In this document: in pieces, positions 49,885 to 58,158 of the stretch
Numbering within the stretch: position 1 is the first letter of the stretch
Layout of the letters: the number at the start of each line of letters is the position of its first letter
NCBI GenBank assembly: GCA_965227295.1
Contig: OZ245742.1
Coordinates: 4,864,001-4,928,000, forward strand
Origin: Leptonemataceae bacterium
Lineage (GTDB): Bacteria > Spirochaetota > Leptospiria > Leptospirales > Leptonemataceae
Reading direction: 5' to 3'
Length of the DNA stretch: 64,000 bases
Program-made: the position numbers and the translations under genes
Notes under the pieces: generated by a model
What the model was told of the DNA's origin: nothing
What the model saw: only the letters and a program-made list of their open reading frames with translations
Databases searched by the model: none

Positions 49885-50876
49885 TGGTATACCTCCCGGA
49901 AGCGCAGTACGATGCGCGATGCCAGAATGTTAAACGCAAACGTAACGAGAAACAAACTCAGGCCGATGGCGTAAATGGTATAGTATTCGATGGTGCCCGC
50001 GGGCGTGTCGCCCATGCTGATCTGCACAATGAAGGCCGTCATGGTCTGGATGCCTTCCAGGTAATTCAGTTCGAGACTCGGCGTCGCCCCGGCGGCGAGC
50101 ACCACGGCCATAGTTTCACCCACGGCGCGGGCGAAAGCGAGAATGAACGAAGCCACGATGCCCGAGGTCGCGGCCGGAATCATGATACGCGTGACCACGT
50201 GAAACTTACGCATGCCGAGGGCGTAGCCGGCGTTACGAATGGAAACCGGTACGGCCCGCAAAGCGTCAATGGAGAGGCTCGATATCATCGGCAGAATGGC
50301 GATGCCCACCACGATGGAAGCGGCGAGTGCGTTGAAGACCTCGATGCCGGGAAAGATACTGTCGCGCAGAAACGGCGTCACCGTGGTCAGCGCAAAGTAA
50401 CCGTAGACGACCGTGGGAATGCCGCCCAGGATTTCTACGATGGGCGCCACGATGTTCCGCATGCGACGGCTCGCGTACTGGGTGAGATAGACGGCGGTGC
50501 CGAGTCCCAGGGGAATGGCCACCAGGGACGAGCCGACGGCGACCATGAGCGTGCCGGCCAAAAGCGGCAACACGCCGAGTTTCTTCGGTTCACCGAACGG
50601 TTCCCAGCGCGTGCCGGTCAGAAAATCGATGATGCTCACCTGCCGAAAAAACTGAAACGAGTCTACGAACAGAACGATGAGAATCGAGAACGTAACGCCC
50701 ACGGTTAAATACGCAAGCCCGCGCAACACGTACCGCACGGCTCGTTCGCCGAAGCTGTACGACGGCCGCTGACCGTACCTGGCAAACACGGCCGCGCGAT
50801 TCTGCGTATTCAACATCCCGGCCTGTCTGGCGACGGCACCGGGGTCTTCTTTTTTCTGTGCGTCTTCGGCGGACAT
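49881..50876 (-). CDS. pstC: Phosphate ABC transporter permease
   Basis: GIPTVVYG, ARAVGETMAV, QTMTAFIV, C-terminal RFREVY. Confidence 0.95.
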   Translation of the reverse strand: MSAEDAQKKEDPGAVARQAGMLNTQNRAAVFARYGQRPSYSFGERAVRYVLRGLAYLTVGVTFSILIVLFVDSFQFFRQVSIIDFLTGTRWEPFGEPKKLGVLPLLAGTLMVAVGSSLVAIPLGLGTAVYLTQYASRRMRNIVAPIVEILGGIPTVVYGYFALTTVTPFLRDSIFPGIEVFNALAASIVVGIAILPMISSLSIDALRAVPVSIRNAGYALGMRKFHVVTRIMIPAATSGIVASFILAFARAVGETMAVVLAAGATPSLELNYLEGIQTMTAFIVQISMGDTPAGTIEYYTIYAIGLSLFLVTFAFNILASRIVLRFREVYH

Positions 50877-50879
50877 GCG

Positions 50880-51818
50880 TCAAAGGCCGATCTTGCTTTT
50901 GTTCTCGGCGTAGAGTTCGGCCGCCAGCGGGATGTAACCGACGGCCTGACTGAGTTTCGCCGCGGAGTCCATGTAATAGCCGACGAACTGCCGCACTTCC
51001 GGTTTATCCAGCGCGGCCTTGCGGACGTAGATGAAGATGGGCCGCGACAGCGGGGCATAGGTACCGCTCTTCACTGTTTCGAGGTTCGGCTCCACCGCGC
51101 TGCCGGTGTTCGGATTCTTCACGGCGACCAGGTTCAGCATTTCCGAGTTCTCTTCGTAGTAAGCCAGGCCGAAGAAGGCGACGGCGTAAGGATCGCCGCT
51201 GACGCCGGTGACAAGAATGTTGTCGTCTTCGCTGTAACTCGCATCCGGACGCATCTGTGCTTTCTTGCCGAGGATGGCCTCCACGAAGTAATCGAAGGTG
51301 CCGGAGTCCTGGCCGGGGGCGTAGACCTTGATCTCTTCGGCCGGCCACGCGGGGTTCACATCGCTCCACTTCTGCGCCGGATTCTCGGCCTGGAAGATGA
51401 GCTTGAGTTGTTCGACGGTCAGCGACTCCACGAAGTCGTTGTCCTTGTTGACTATCACGGCGAGTCCGTCGTAGGCCACCGGCAGTTCGATGTACTCAAT
51501 GTTCGCCGCGGCACACTTCTCTTTCTCCACGGACTTGATGTGCCGCGAAGCGTCGGCGATGTCGATCTCGCCGTTGCAAAATTTCTTAAAGCCGCCACCG
51601 GTACCGGAGATGCCCACCGTGACATTGACGTTGCTGTTCACGCCGCGGAATTCTTCGGCCACCGCTTCGGTGATGGGATAGACGGTACTCGAACCGTCGA
51701 CCTGCACTTTCTTCTTCGCAGCGCACGCTCCCAGGAACGTCGCGGCGCAAACGCCGGCGACCAGAGCCGGAATATAGAATTTAGTACGTGAGAATATGGT
51801 ATGATGTTGTTGATTCAT
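50880..51818 (-). CDS. pstS: Phosphate ABC transporter substrate-binding lipoprotein
   Basis: Lipobox [41 protein letters not shown]. Start at MNQQHH. Confidence 0.95.
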   Translation of the reverse strand: MNQQHHTIFSRTKFYIPALVAGVCAATFLGACAAKKKVQVDGSSTVYPITEAVAEEFRGVNSNVNVTVGISGTGGGFKKFCNGEIDIADASRHIKSVEKEKCAAANIEYIELPVAYDGLAVIVNKDNDFVESLTVEQLKLIFQAENPAQKWSDVNPAWPAEEIKVYAPGQDSGTFDYFVEAILGKKAQMRPDASYSEDDNILVTGVSGDPYAVAFFGLAYYEENSEMLNLVAVKNPNTGSAVEPNLETVKSGTYAPLSRPIFIYVRKAALDKPEVRQFVGYYMDSAAKLSQAVGYIPLAAELYAENKSKIGL

Positions 51819-52056
51819 GGGATCCTGGTTGCCTGTCGGTCTTTTCCTGTACGGCCCTTTCCTGGCGGCCGATGTTCCAGAGTTTGAGCGGGGGGGTAAT
51901 CTTACAAGGATTACGCACCCCCGGGACAATGCATGTGCCGGTTTCAGGAATGCAGTCTTTTGCCCTGATTTTTACGGGTTTTCCACGGAAATGGTTGACC
52001 GTCCCTGCATGAAGTGCTCTGCTTTCATCTATAAATAGATATCCAGAGGAATCATC

Positions 52057-52674
52057 TTGAGTCTCGTCGAACACATCGCCCAACTGCGCACGGAAGTCAT
52101 TCGCATGGCCAGAAAGGCCGAAGCCATCTATGCGGAGTCCATTCGCTGCCTGAAAAACCCCGACGACAAACTTGTCGCCGAGGTCCGACGATTGGACGCG
52201 GACCTCGATGAGTTCGAGCTGTATCTGGATCGCCTGTGCGTGCAGGTCCTCGCGTTGCAGGAACCCTACGCCGTCGACTTTCGCTTCGTCTTCAGTGTCG
52301 TAAAGGTCATCAAGGACCTCGAACGCGTCGGGGATCAGTCCAAGACCATCGCCAAGTGGTCGCTCAAGCTGCCGGGCGGACCGGACGCCGATATGCTGTC
52401 GTTGGCCGATAAGGCCGGCGAGGCCCTCCAGACCGCGGTGCAGGCCCTCGTCGGCGACGACCGCGCCCTGGCGGACCGCGTCATGGAAATCGAATTCACC
52501 GTCGACGAAATCGAGGACCGCATCATCGAAAGCGCCACGTCCATCGCCGAAGCGTTCATCGCCAAGGCCATCGAACGCATCGGCGACCTGGCGACGAACG
52601 TTGCGGAGAACGTCATCTTCACGGTGGACGCTCACGATGTTCGCCACGGCCATTTTCACGAATCCCCCCGGTAA
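52057..52674 (+). CDS. phoU: Phosphate signalling complex protein PhoU
   Basis: QEPYAVDFR, DLERVGD, ERIGDLATNVAE; GAGG RBS before TTG. Confidence 0.92.
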   Translation: MSLVEHIAQLRTEVIRMARKAEAIYAESIRCLKNPDDKLVAEVRRLDADLDEFELYLDRLCVQVLALQEPYAVDFRFVFSVVKVIKDLERVGDQSKTIAKWSLKLPGGPDADMLSLADKAGEALQTAVQALVGDDRALADRVMEIEFTVDEIEDRIIESATSIAEAFIAKAIERIGDLATNVAENVIFTVDAHDVRHGHFHESPR

Positions 52675-52685
52675 ACCGTAGAAAA

Positions 52686-54368
52686 TCAAAACGTCAGTTG
52701 CGCTCGAATGAACACCTGACGTGTATCGATGCGGGAGCCGACGAAATCATTCAGCACGAGCGTCTCGTTCGGACCGTAACCGAAGGCCCCCTTCACGGCG
52801 CTGTTCCCCTCCAGTTGTTCGGCGATGGTATCGCCGGTGGGCGTGGACGCTCCGCTGCCGTCGAAACGTTCGAAGACGTTCGTTCGGTACTCGCGGCCGG
52901 TCTGATCGCGCCCGCGCAACTCACTGACGCCGAGGGATATGCGAAAGTACTCGCCCGTTGCCGACGGGAAGAACGTCACACCGTAGATGGTGTTGAAGTA
53001 ACGCCCTTCGCCGTGATCGATGTTCGCGTCGGCCGAAGCGAGACTCAGGTTGCCGAACTGGTTGTCCGCCGCATCCAGCGCCAGCGCCTGTCCGATCCAG
53101 GGAGTGCCGTCCACCGGAGCGATGCGTGAGGACAGACGATCCGTCGAAGTGCCGGCGATCACTCTACCGAAAACGCCGATGTAGCGCCAGCGCGCGTGTG
53201 CGTAGACGTAATTGGCCCAACCGATCGCGTCCCGGTCTTCCGAACGACTGACGCTATCGCTGACCGTACCGGTGCCGCCGGAGCTGAGATTGTAGGTCGT
53301 TACGGCGCCGCGCCTGTCGAGATGCGTTACGTTCCCGACGCCGAGCGTAAATGTAAACTCACCTGAGGTTACGCTGACATCGGTCTCGACCCCGTAGTGC
53401 AGATCGCGCTTAGCCCGCGTATCGCCCTCCATGTAGACGAACTCGAAAGTATTCGGAGCGCCGCTTACGTCGGCCGTAAGATAGCGGCTCTCGTCATCCG
53501 AGATGCCGTGCACGTTGTGCACGCGCAGCGGAAAATTCACGGACCAGTGCAAGGTCCGATTCTTACCGGTGGGCACAATGGAGAGCAGGCTGTAGAAATC
53601 GAGGGCATAGCTGTCGCCGGCTCCGGTGGCCAGGTCTTCCTCGTCGGTGTTCGCCAGTTCTTCGGCGTTCGTGTGATGATAGCCCTCGCCGTTGCCGAGG
53701 AGGACGTGAAACGCCACGTAGTCACTGCCGAAGATGTACGCCAGCCCCGCGTCGGCGGAACTGGACATGCCGACCTTATCAGTGGGGGCCCGGTCCACGT
53801 AGCGATGGCCCCAGTACTTCTGCAACGAGACGCCACCCTGGGCGTCCACCGTCGGCGTATGCTGGAGTCCCAGCCGCAAATAGTGTTTTCCGAAGTTGCC
53901 GTTCAACACCGGTACGGGCATTTGCACAAAGCCGTACTTGAGTCCGACGGCGTAGTCGTTGTCTTCGCTGCACGACGAACCGCAGCCGTCGCCGAGTTCG
54001 GCGCTGCGGGCAATGTCCGTCGTGATGCGGAAGCCCCAGCCGGCATACTCGCCGTCCTTCACGGCGCCGCGGAAGTTGAGATAGGCACGCCCCATGCGGA
54101 AGCCGGCATTTTCGGAGGTCGGCCCGTTCTCGTCCGGCCGATCCACGGCGTCGTAGTCGTTCAACTCGTATCCGGTGAAAAGGAGGCCGTCGATCTTGAA
54201 ACTGTAGTCGGGAAGATCGGAGACTTTGCGAGCCGGCTTTTCGTCACTCGCGGCCGGTTTGTCCTGGTCCACCGCGGGGGGCCCATCATCCTGAGCGAAG
54301 AGAGTCGTCGTATGAAAGAGAAGCGCGAGCAGCGGCACAACCCGGAACTCTCGCAAGAAATCGGTCAT
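52686..54368 (-). CDS. Putative outer-membrane beta-barrel/porin, possibly phosphate-related
   Basis: Signal peptide (LFA/Q), GFRMGRAYLNF and FRITTD beta-strand patterns, C-terminal FIRAQLTF (terminal Phe); AGGAG RBS; adjacent to pst/phoU. Confidence 0.6.
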   Translation of the reverse strand: MTDFLREFRVVPLLALLFHTTTLFAQDDGPPAVDQDKPAASDEKPARKVSDLPDYSFKIDGLLFTGYELNDYDAVDRPDENGPTSENAGFRMGRAYLNFRGAVKDGEYAGWGFRITTDIARSAELGDGCGSSCSEDNDYAVGLKYGFVQMPVPVLNGNFGKHYLRLGLQHTPTVDAQGGVSLQKYWGHRYVDRAPTDKVGMSSSADAGLAYIFGSDYVAFHVLLGNGEGYHHTNAEELANTDEEDLATGAGDSYALDFYSLLSIVPTGKNRTLHWSVNFPLRVHNVHGISDDESRYLTADVSGAPNTFEFVYMEGDTRAKRDLHYGVETDVSVTSGEFTFTLGVGNVTHLDRRGAVTTYNLSSGGTGTVSDSVSRSEDRDAIGWANYVYAHARWRYIGVFGRVIAGTSTDRLSSRIAPVDGTPWIGQALALDAADNQFGNLSLASADANIDHGEGRYFNTIYGVTFFPSATGEYFRISLGVSELRGRDQTGREYRTNVFERFDGSGASTPTGDTIAEQLEGNSAVKGAFGYGPNETLVLNDFVGSRIDTRQVFIRAQLTF

Positions 54369-54421
54369 TGCAGCTCCTATTGTTACAAATAAATTTCAGA
54401 AGCTATGAAATCCGACCCTTA

Positions 54422-54452
54422 TATTACAAAACAACTACATTTTCATGTCATA
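54422..54452 (-). promoter_or_regulatory. Pho-box-like 11-bp-period direct repeats upstream of the porin gene
   Basis: Minus strand reads TGACAT-N5-TGTAGT-N5-TGTAAT, resembling TGTCA half-sites with an 11-bp period. Confidence 0.4.
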
Positions 54453-54642
54453 CGATATTAGAGTTACACCATTCGCACATATTTTTGCAATGTTCTGGTT
54501 GCTGAAAGGATGGAGCGAGACCGCCTCCATCTCTCCGGTTCGCCTTTTTCTGACACGGATTGTTTTTTTCTGGACGTAATGCGGCGCACCAAAATAATTG
54601 TGCATCGCACTATGGGCGAGACATAACGGACCGGAGGATATT

Positions 54643-54867
54643 ATGCTCAGCGAACGAACTCTCACCGACAGCCATCGCGACCTGCGGCTCTGGCTGCTAC
54701 TACAGGAAGCCGGCGAGCGCATGCACGGCATCGGCGTGCAACTCCGGCGCTTCCGCCACGAGGCCCGGGAAACGGCCCGCGTCGAAGCCGATGCCACTTC
54801 CCCGGAAGCCCGGCGGCGCATTGCGTTGTTACAGGAAGTTCATCTTAACGTACCGACGCCCTCATAA
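54643..54867 (+). CDS. Hypothetical small protein (74 aa)
   Basis: GGAGG RBS before ATG at 54643; no motif recognised. Confidence 0.5.
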   Translation: MLSERTLTDSHRDLRLWLLLQEAGERMHGIGVQLRRFRHEARETARVEADATSPEARRRIALLQEVHLNVPTPS

Positions 54868-54973
54868 CGCAGCACCTCGCTCCGCCGCTCGCCGCCGGAA
54901 ATTTCCAGGAACGGGCCTCATTCGAAAAAAGCCCGGAATCCACCTGGATCCCGGGCTCTGGCAACTCTCCCCA

Positions 54974-55375
54974 TTACTGGTACGGGGCACTTGTCAGGAT
55001 CGAATACTTGCAAATGTCGAAGGAAAAGCCCGGAAGAAAAGTCCCGTCTTCAAAGCGTTCGTGGACGACATAGTTACCCTGAAAGTTGGCGATATCCGAA
55101 GTAATGGAGAGCCGGTCTGGATCTTGACAATCCGCCACGGACCACGGACCGCCAGGCTTTCCCACCTCGTATGAGAGAATTTCGGACTGATAGATACATC
55201 CAATTCCCTGCCAGCTCAAACCCGCGATCGTATGCGTCGTCGGTCCGTCACAACGATAATTCGGTGAGGGAGGATTGCACGTGATCGTTACGTGCATGTC
55301 CGGACAGACTTGCGCGGAAACCGCGGCCGGAATCAGCAAGGCCGCAGCAGCCACAGTAGCTAATAAGAATCTCAT
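54974..55375 (-). CDS. Hypothetical secreted protein with 6 Cys
   Basis: AAGGAG RBS; signal peptide MRFLLATVAAAALLIPAAVSA/Q; 6 Cys in the mature part. Confidence 0.75.
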   Translation of the reverse strand: MRFLLATVAAAALLIPAAVSAQVCPDMHVTITCNPPSPNYRCDGPTTHTIAGLSWQGIGCIYQSEILSYEVGKPGGPWSVADCQDPDRLSITSDIANFQGNYVVHERFEDGTFLPGFSFDICKYSILTSAPYQ

Positions 55376-55542
55376 AGGTATGCTCCTTAAAAATTAGTGA
55401 GCAAAACCTATCATACTATGCCCCACTGCGCAATAGTTCATTCTACCCCTTTACATCTGGCGGCCATGTAGTACTAACCAGGGGAAACGAGCCGATCCAA
55501 CATTGTTGTAGAACATTTTGCAGAATCCGATGGGCCGTCATT

Positions 55543-56619
55543 TTATTGAGGTCTTGATCCACTTCCGACGGGCGACGCGCTGAAGCGATCGGCGGCCGTG
55601 TTTGCACGTACGCAGAACGGAATGTCCTCGTGCATGTCGCGGTGTTTTTCCGAAGGACGCAGGAGCCCGCCGTCCCGGCAATCTTCGCGATAACGGCAGC
55701 CCGAGCAGCCTGCATCGTCCGCGGAAGTAGCGCCGGCGTACTCCGCCGATTCGTGGACCTCCCGCAGGCGACCGGGTTCGTAGCGCGTAAAGTGCGCGCG
55801 GTTCGAATGCGCCGGGCAGATGTTGCCGTTGTGCAATACGGCCAGGCGTCCCGGTCGAATGAGCGGCGGAGACCAGACCCATTCCAGTCCCATGCGGTCG
55901 GCCAGAACACCGGCCAGGGGATTGTCCAGGAAGCGGATGGGATACAATCTTCCTAGAAATCCCGCAAGGCGCACGAGCGAAACAAACTCCTCCGGTGATA
56001 GAAGATCCCGGCTGACGTCGTAGTAATCGTTTTCGACGCGATGCAGTTGCACCAGGGTCAGGCACGTGAGCTGCGGAAATCGTTGAAAGACATCGCGAAT
56101 GAATTCCGGCATAACGGCGAGCAACGGTCGATGCACGGTCGTAAAGATCTCCACTTCCCAGCCGTGATCCAGGGCGGCCTGTATGCCGCGTATCGTGGGG
56201 GCGTAACTGCCGTCGCCGCGCGAAGCCTCGTGGATTTTTTCCGGGCCGTTCAGGCTCACGGTACACGCAATGCGACCGGCGTACTTTTCGAAACGCTGAA
56301 ACATGCGCTCCGTAAACAACATGGCGTTCGTATTAAAGAAGACGTACTCGTAGCCGTTTTCCAGGGCGTATTCCACGAGATCGCCGAAGGGTTTCCAGAG
56401 CGTCGGTTCGCCGCCGCTGAGATGCAACACCCGGTACCCCAGTTCCCGGCCTTCGTCGACGATGGAACGCGCCATTTCGAACGGCATGCCGGTTTTCTCG
56501 GGCAAATCCGCCAGGGCAAAACAATACGGGCAGTCCAGGTTGCATTTCGTGGTGACCTCGAGGGTGAGGGATTCCCTGGCCGCGGCCTGGCGGATGGATT
56601 CGGTGTACGTCGCGTTCAA
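55543..56619 (-). CDS. Radical SAM protein with SPASM/twitch-like C-terminus
   Basis: CNLDCPYC, LSGGEP, SLNG...H...RG, C-terminal ICP...CSGCRYREDC...FC; TTG start overlaps the upstream stop. Confidence 0.9.
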   Translation of the reverse strand: MNATYTESIRQAAARESLTLEVTTKCNLDCPYCFALADLPEKTGMPFEMARSIVDEGRELGYRVLHLSGGEPTLWKPFGDLVEYALENGYEYVFFNTNAMLFTERMFQRFEKYAGRIACTVSLNGPEKIHEASRGDGSYAPTIRGIQAALDHGWEVEIFTTVHRPLLAVMPEFIRDVFQRFPQLTCLTLVQLHRVENDYYDVSRDLLSPEEFVSLVRLAGFLGRLYPIRFLDNPLAGVLADRMGLEWVWSPPLIRPGRLAVLHNGNICPAHSNRAHFTRYEPGRLREVHESAEYAGATSADDAGCSGCRYREDCRDGGLLRPSEKHRDMHEDIPFCVRANTAADRFSASPVGSGSRPQ

Positions 56620-57638
56620 TGTTCTACTCCCTGAATGTTTGTGAGATTATGTTTGTGATCGGCCTGAAATTGCATAAGCGGCGCGCATAGATTGTCCAGG
56701 TCCGCCGCGAGGCCGGGACAGGCGTCCGGTACGACCCGGCGGACACGCCGCAACGTTTCCAGAGCGAGGTCCACGGCACGTTCCAGTACGCCTTCGCGCC
56801 GGAGCGCCTGCTCCAGTTCGCGCAGCCTCGCCGTCTCGGTCGCCACCGCGTCGAAACACCCGGCCGATTCCGGAGACAGCAGGTAGTACACGGCCGAACG
56901 ATGACCGGCCACGGCATCGTCCTGCCAATCCCGCAGATCATCCACGAGACGCCACGCCGTTGAGACCGCGGCAATCAAATCAAACCAGAACGAAGTCCCG
57001 GGCGCCGACTCAGGCGGAAACAAATCGCGCGTGTGCAGCGCGAGCAACGCCGGCGCCGCGGACCAGATGTGCATTTCCCGACGCGAACGTTCCAGATACG
57101 CATCGAGATCCCCGACGGCCTCGGGGTGATGCAGGCTTTCGAAGTAAAGATCGATGGCAGAGCGGACGGGATCGCGCTCGGCTTCCGCGAGATTCCGGGA
57201 GAGTTCTTCGATGTGCCGCGCGAAACGATTCCAGACGGCGGTGCGAAGTTGCAGCAGTAAGATACTCGGCGCCGTTTGCCCGTCGATGATGTGATCGTCC
57301 ATGAGATGCAGCAAAAAGGACATGGCCTGCGCCGTCAGCGCGGAGCGGTACAGGCCCGCGTGGGATGCCGCCGACGTAACTTCCGGACCGGCGGCGTCCA
57401 GCACGGACCACAGCGGCACGGGAAACTCCGCGCAAAAATCGTAGGCTTCCCCGGGTCGCAGTCCCCCGGCCATGAGCACCATGGTTCCCGGCACGCGCAG
57501 GCTCTCGGGCAGATCCCGGCAGACTTCCAGGATTTCCCGGTTCAGATTCCGGTACAACGTTCCGTGTTCATCGGAACATCTGGCGCCGAAATCCTCAAGC
57601 GGAGCGGTATTCAGGAGATTGTCATGGAGATTCGCCAC
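56616..57638 (-). CDS. Class I isoprenoid synthase-fold protein (ComQ-like prenyltransferase/terpene synthase-like)
   Basis: Two Asp-rich motifs, LMDDHIID and LVDDLRDWQDD, in a helical, Leu/Ala-rich protein; GTG start. Confidence 0.7.
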   Translation of the reverse strand: MANLHDNLLNTAPLEDFGARCSDEHGTLYRNLNREILEVCRDLPESLRVPGTMVLMAGGLRPGEAYDFCAEFPVPLWSVLDAAGPEVTSAASHAGLYRSALTAQAMSFLLHLMDDHIIDGQTAPSILLLQLRTAVWNRFARHIEELSRNLAEAERDPVRSAIDLYFESLHHPEAVGDLDAYLERSRREMHIWSAAPALLALHTRDLFPPESAPGTSFWFDLIAAVSTAWRLVDDLRDWQDDAVAGHRSAVYYLLSPESAGCFDAVATETARLRELEQALRREGVLERAVDLALETLRRVRRVVPDACPGLAADLDNLCAPLMQFQADHKHNLTNIQGVEH

Positions 57639-57763
57639 ACGCTACCCGGGAAACGACTCATATGACGCCCTAACTGCTTTTCCGTCAATCGTAAGAAATT
57701 GCAGCGCCGGCTTAACCTGCATTAGAAAATATGTAAGGCGAAAGGATTAGTTCACGCAGTAAG

Positions 57764-57796
57764 ATTGAAATTCTGTCTCCTGAATAAAATTTCAAT
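57764..57796. promoter_or_regulatory. Inverted repeat ATTGAAATT-N15-AATTTCAAT in the divergent promoter
   Basis: Perfect 9-bp arms at 57764-57772 and 57788-57796 in an AT-rich intergenic region. Confidence 0.45.
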
Positions 57797-57874
57797 TGCG
57801 AGATTCTCTCCGGGTAATGAATGTTAATGAATTTTAAAGGATTCGCCCCGGCGGGTCCCATTTCGGAGAAACAC

Positions 57875-58078
57875 ATGGATATAATCGAGTTCGCTGCCAA
57901 ATGCGTGGACGACGAGGGCCTCGGGAAAGGCTTCGTAGAGTCTCTCAAGGATGGTACGGTGGAAAGCTACCTCAGTAAAAACGGGGTCAGTGCATCCGCA
58001 CAGGAAATCCAACAGCTCAAAGCCAATGCCGATACGCTCGCAAAGATCGGAGAAGGCAACGCTGTGCGGGGCTACTGA
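57875..58078 (+). CDS. 67-aa peptide, candidate Nif11-like RiPP/pheromone precursor ending in RGY
   Basis: GGAG RBS; MDIIEFAAKCVDDEGLGKGFVESLKDGTVESYLSKNGVSASAQEIQQLKANADTLAKIGEGNAVRGY; followed by a strong hairpin. Confidence 0.7.
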   Translation: MDIIEFAAKCVDDEGLGKGFVESLKDGTVESYLSKNGVSASAQEIQQLKANADTLAKIGEGNAVRGY

Positions 58079-58086
58079 AACTCCTG

Positions 58087-58106
58087 GGGCCGCCCTCGGG
58101 CGGCCC
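58087..58106 (+). other. GC-rich stem-loop after the peptide gene
   Basis: GGGCCGCCC-TC-GGGCGGCCC, with no U-tract directly after it. Confidence 0.6.
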
Positions 58107-58158
58107 GAAGCATTCCTTCCATATATAAACACAAAAATCAACGGCCCGAGTTTTCTTT

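Noticed and set aside
51781..52689. 302-aa minus-strand ORF
   Set aside because: Antisense to a clear phoU; no recognisable domain.
54560..55174. 204-aa plus-strand ORF
   Set aside because: Overlaps two better-supported ORFs that have RBSs; composition looks off-frame.
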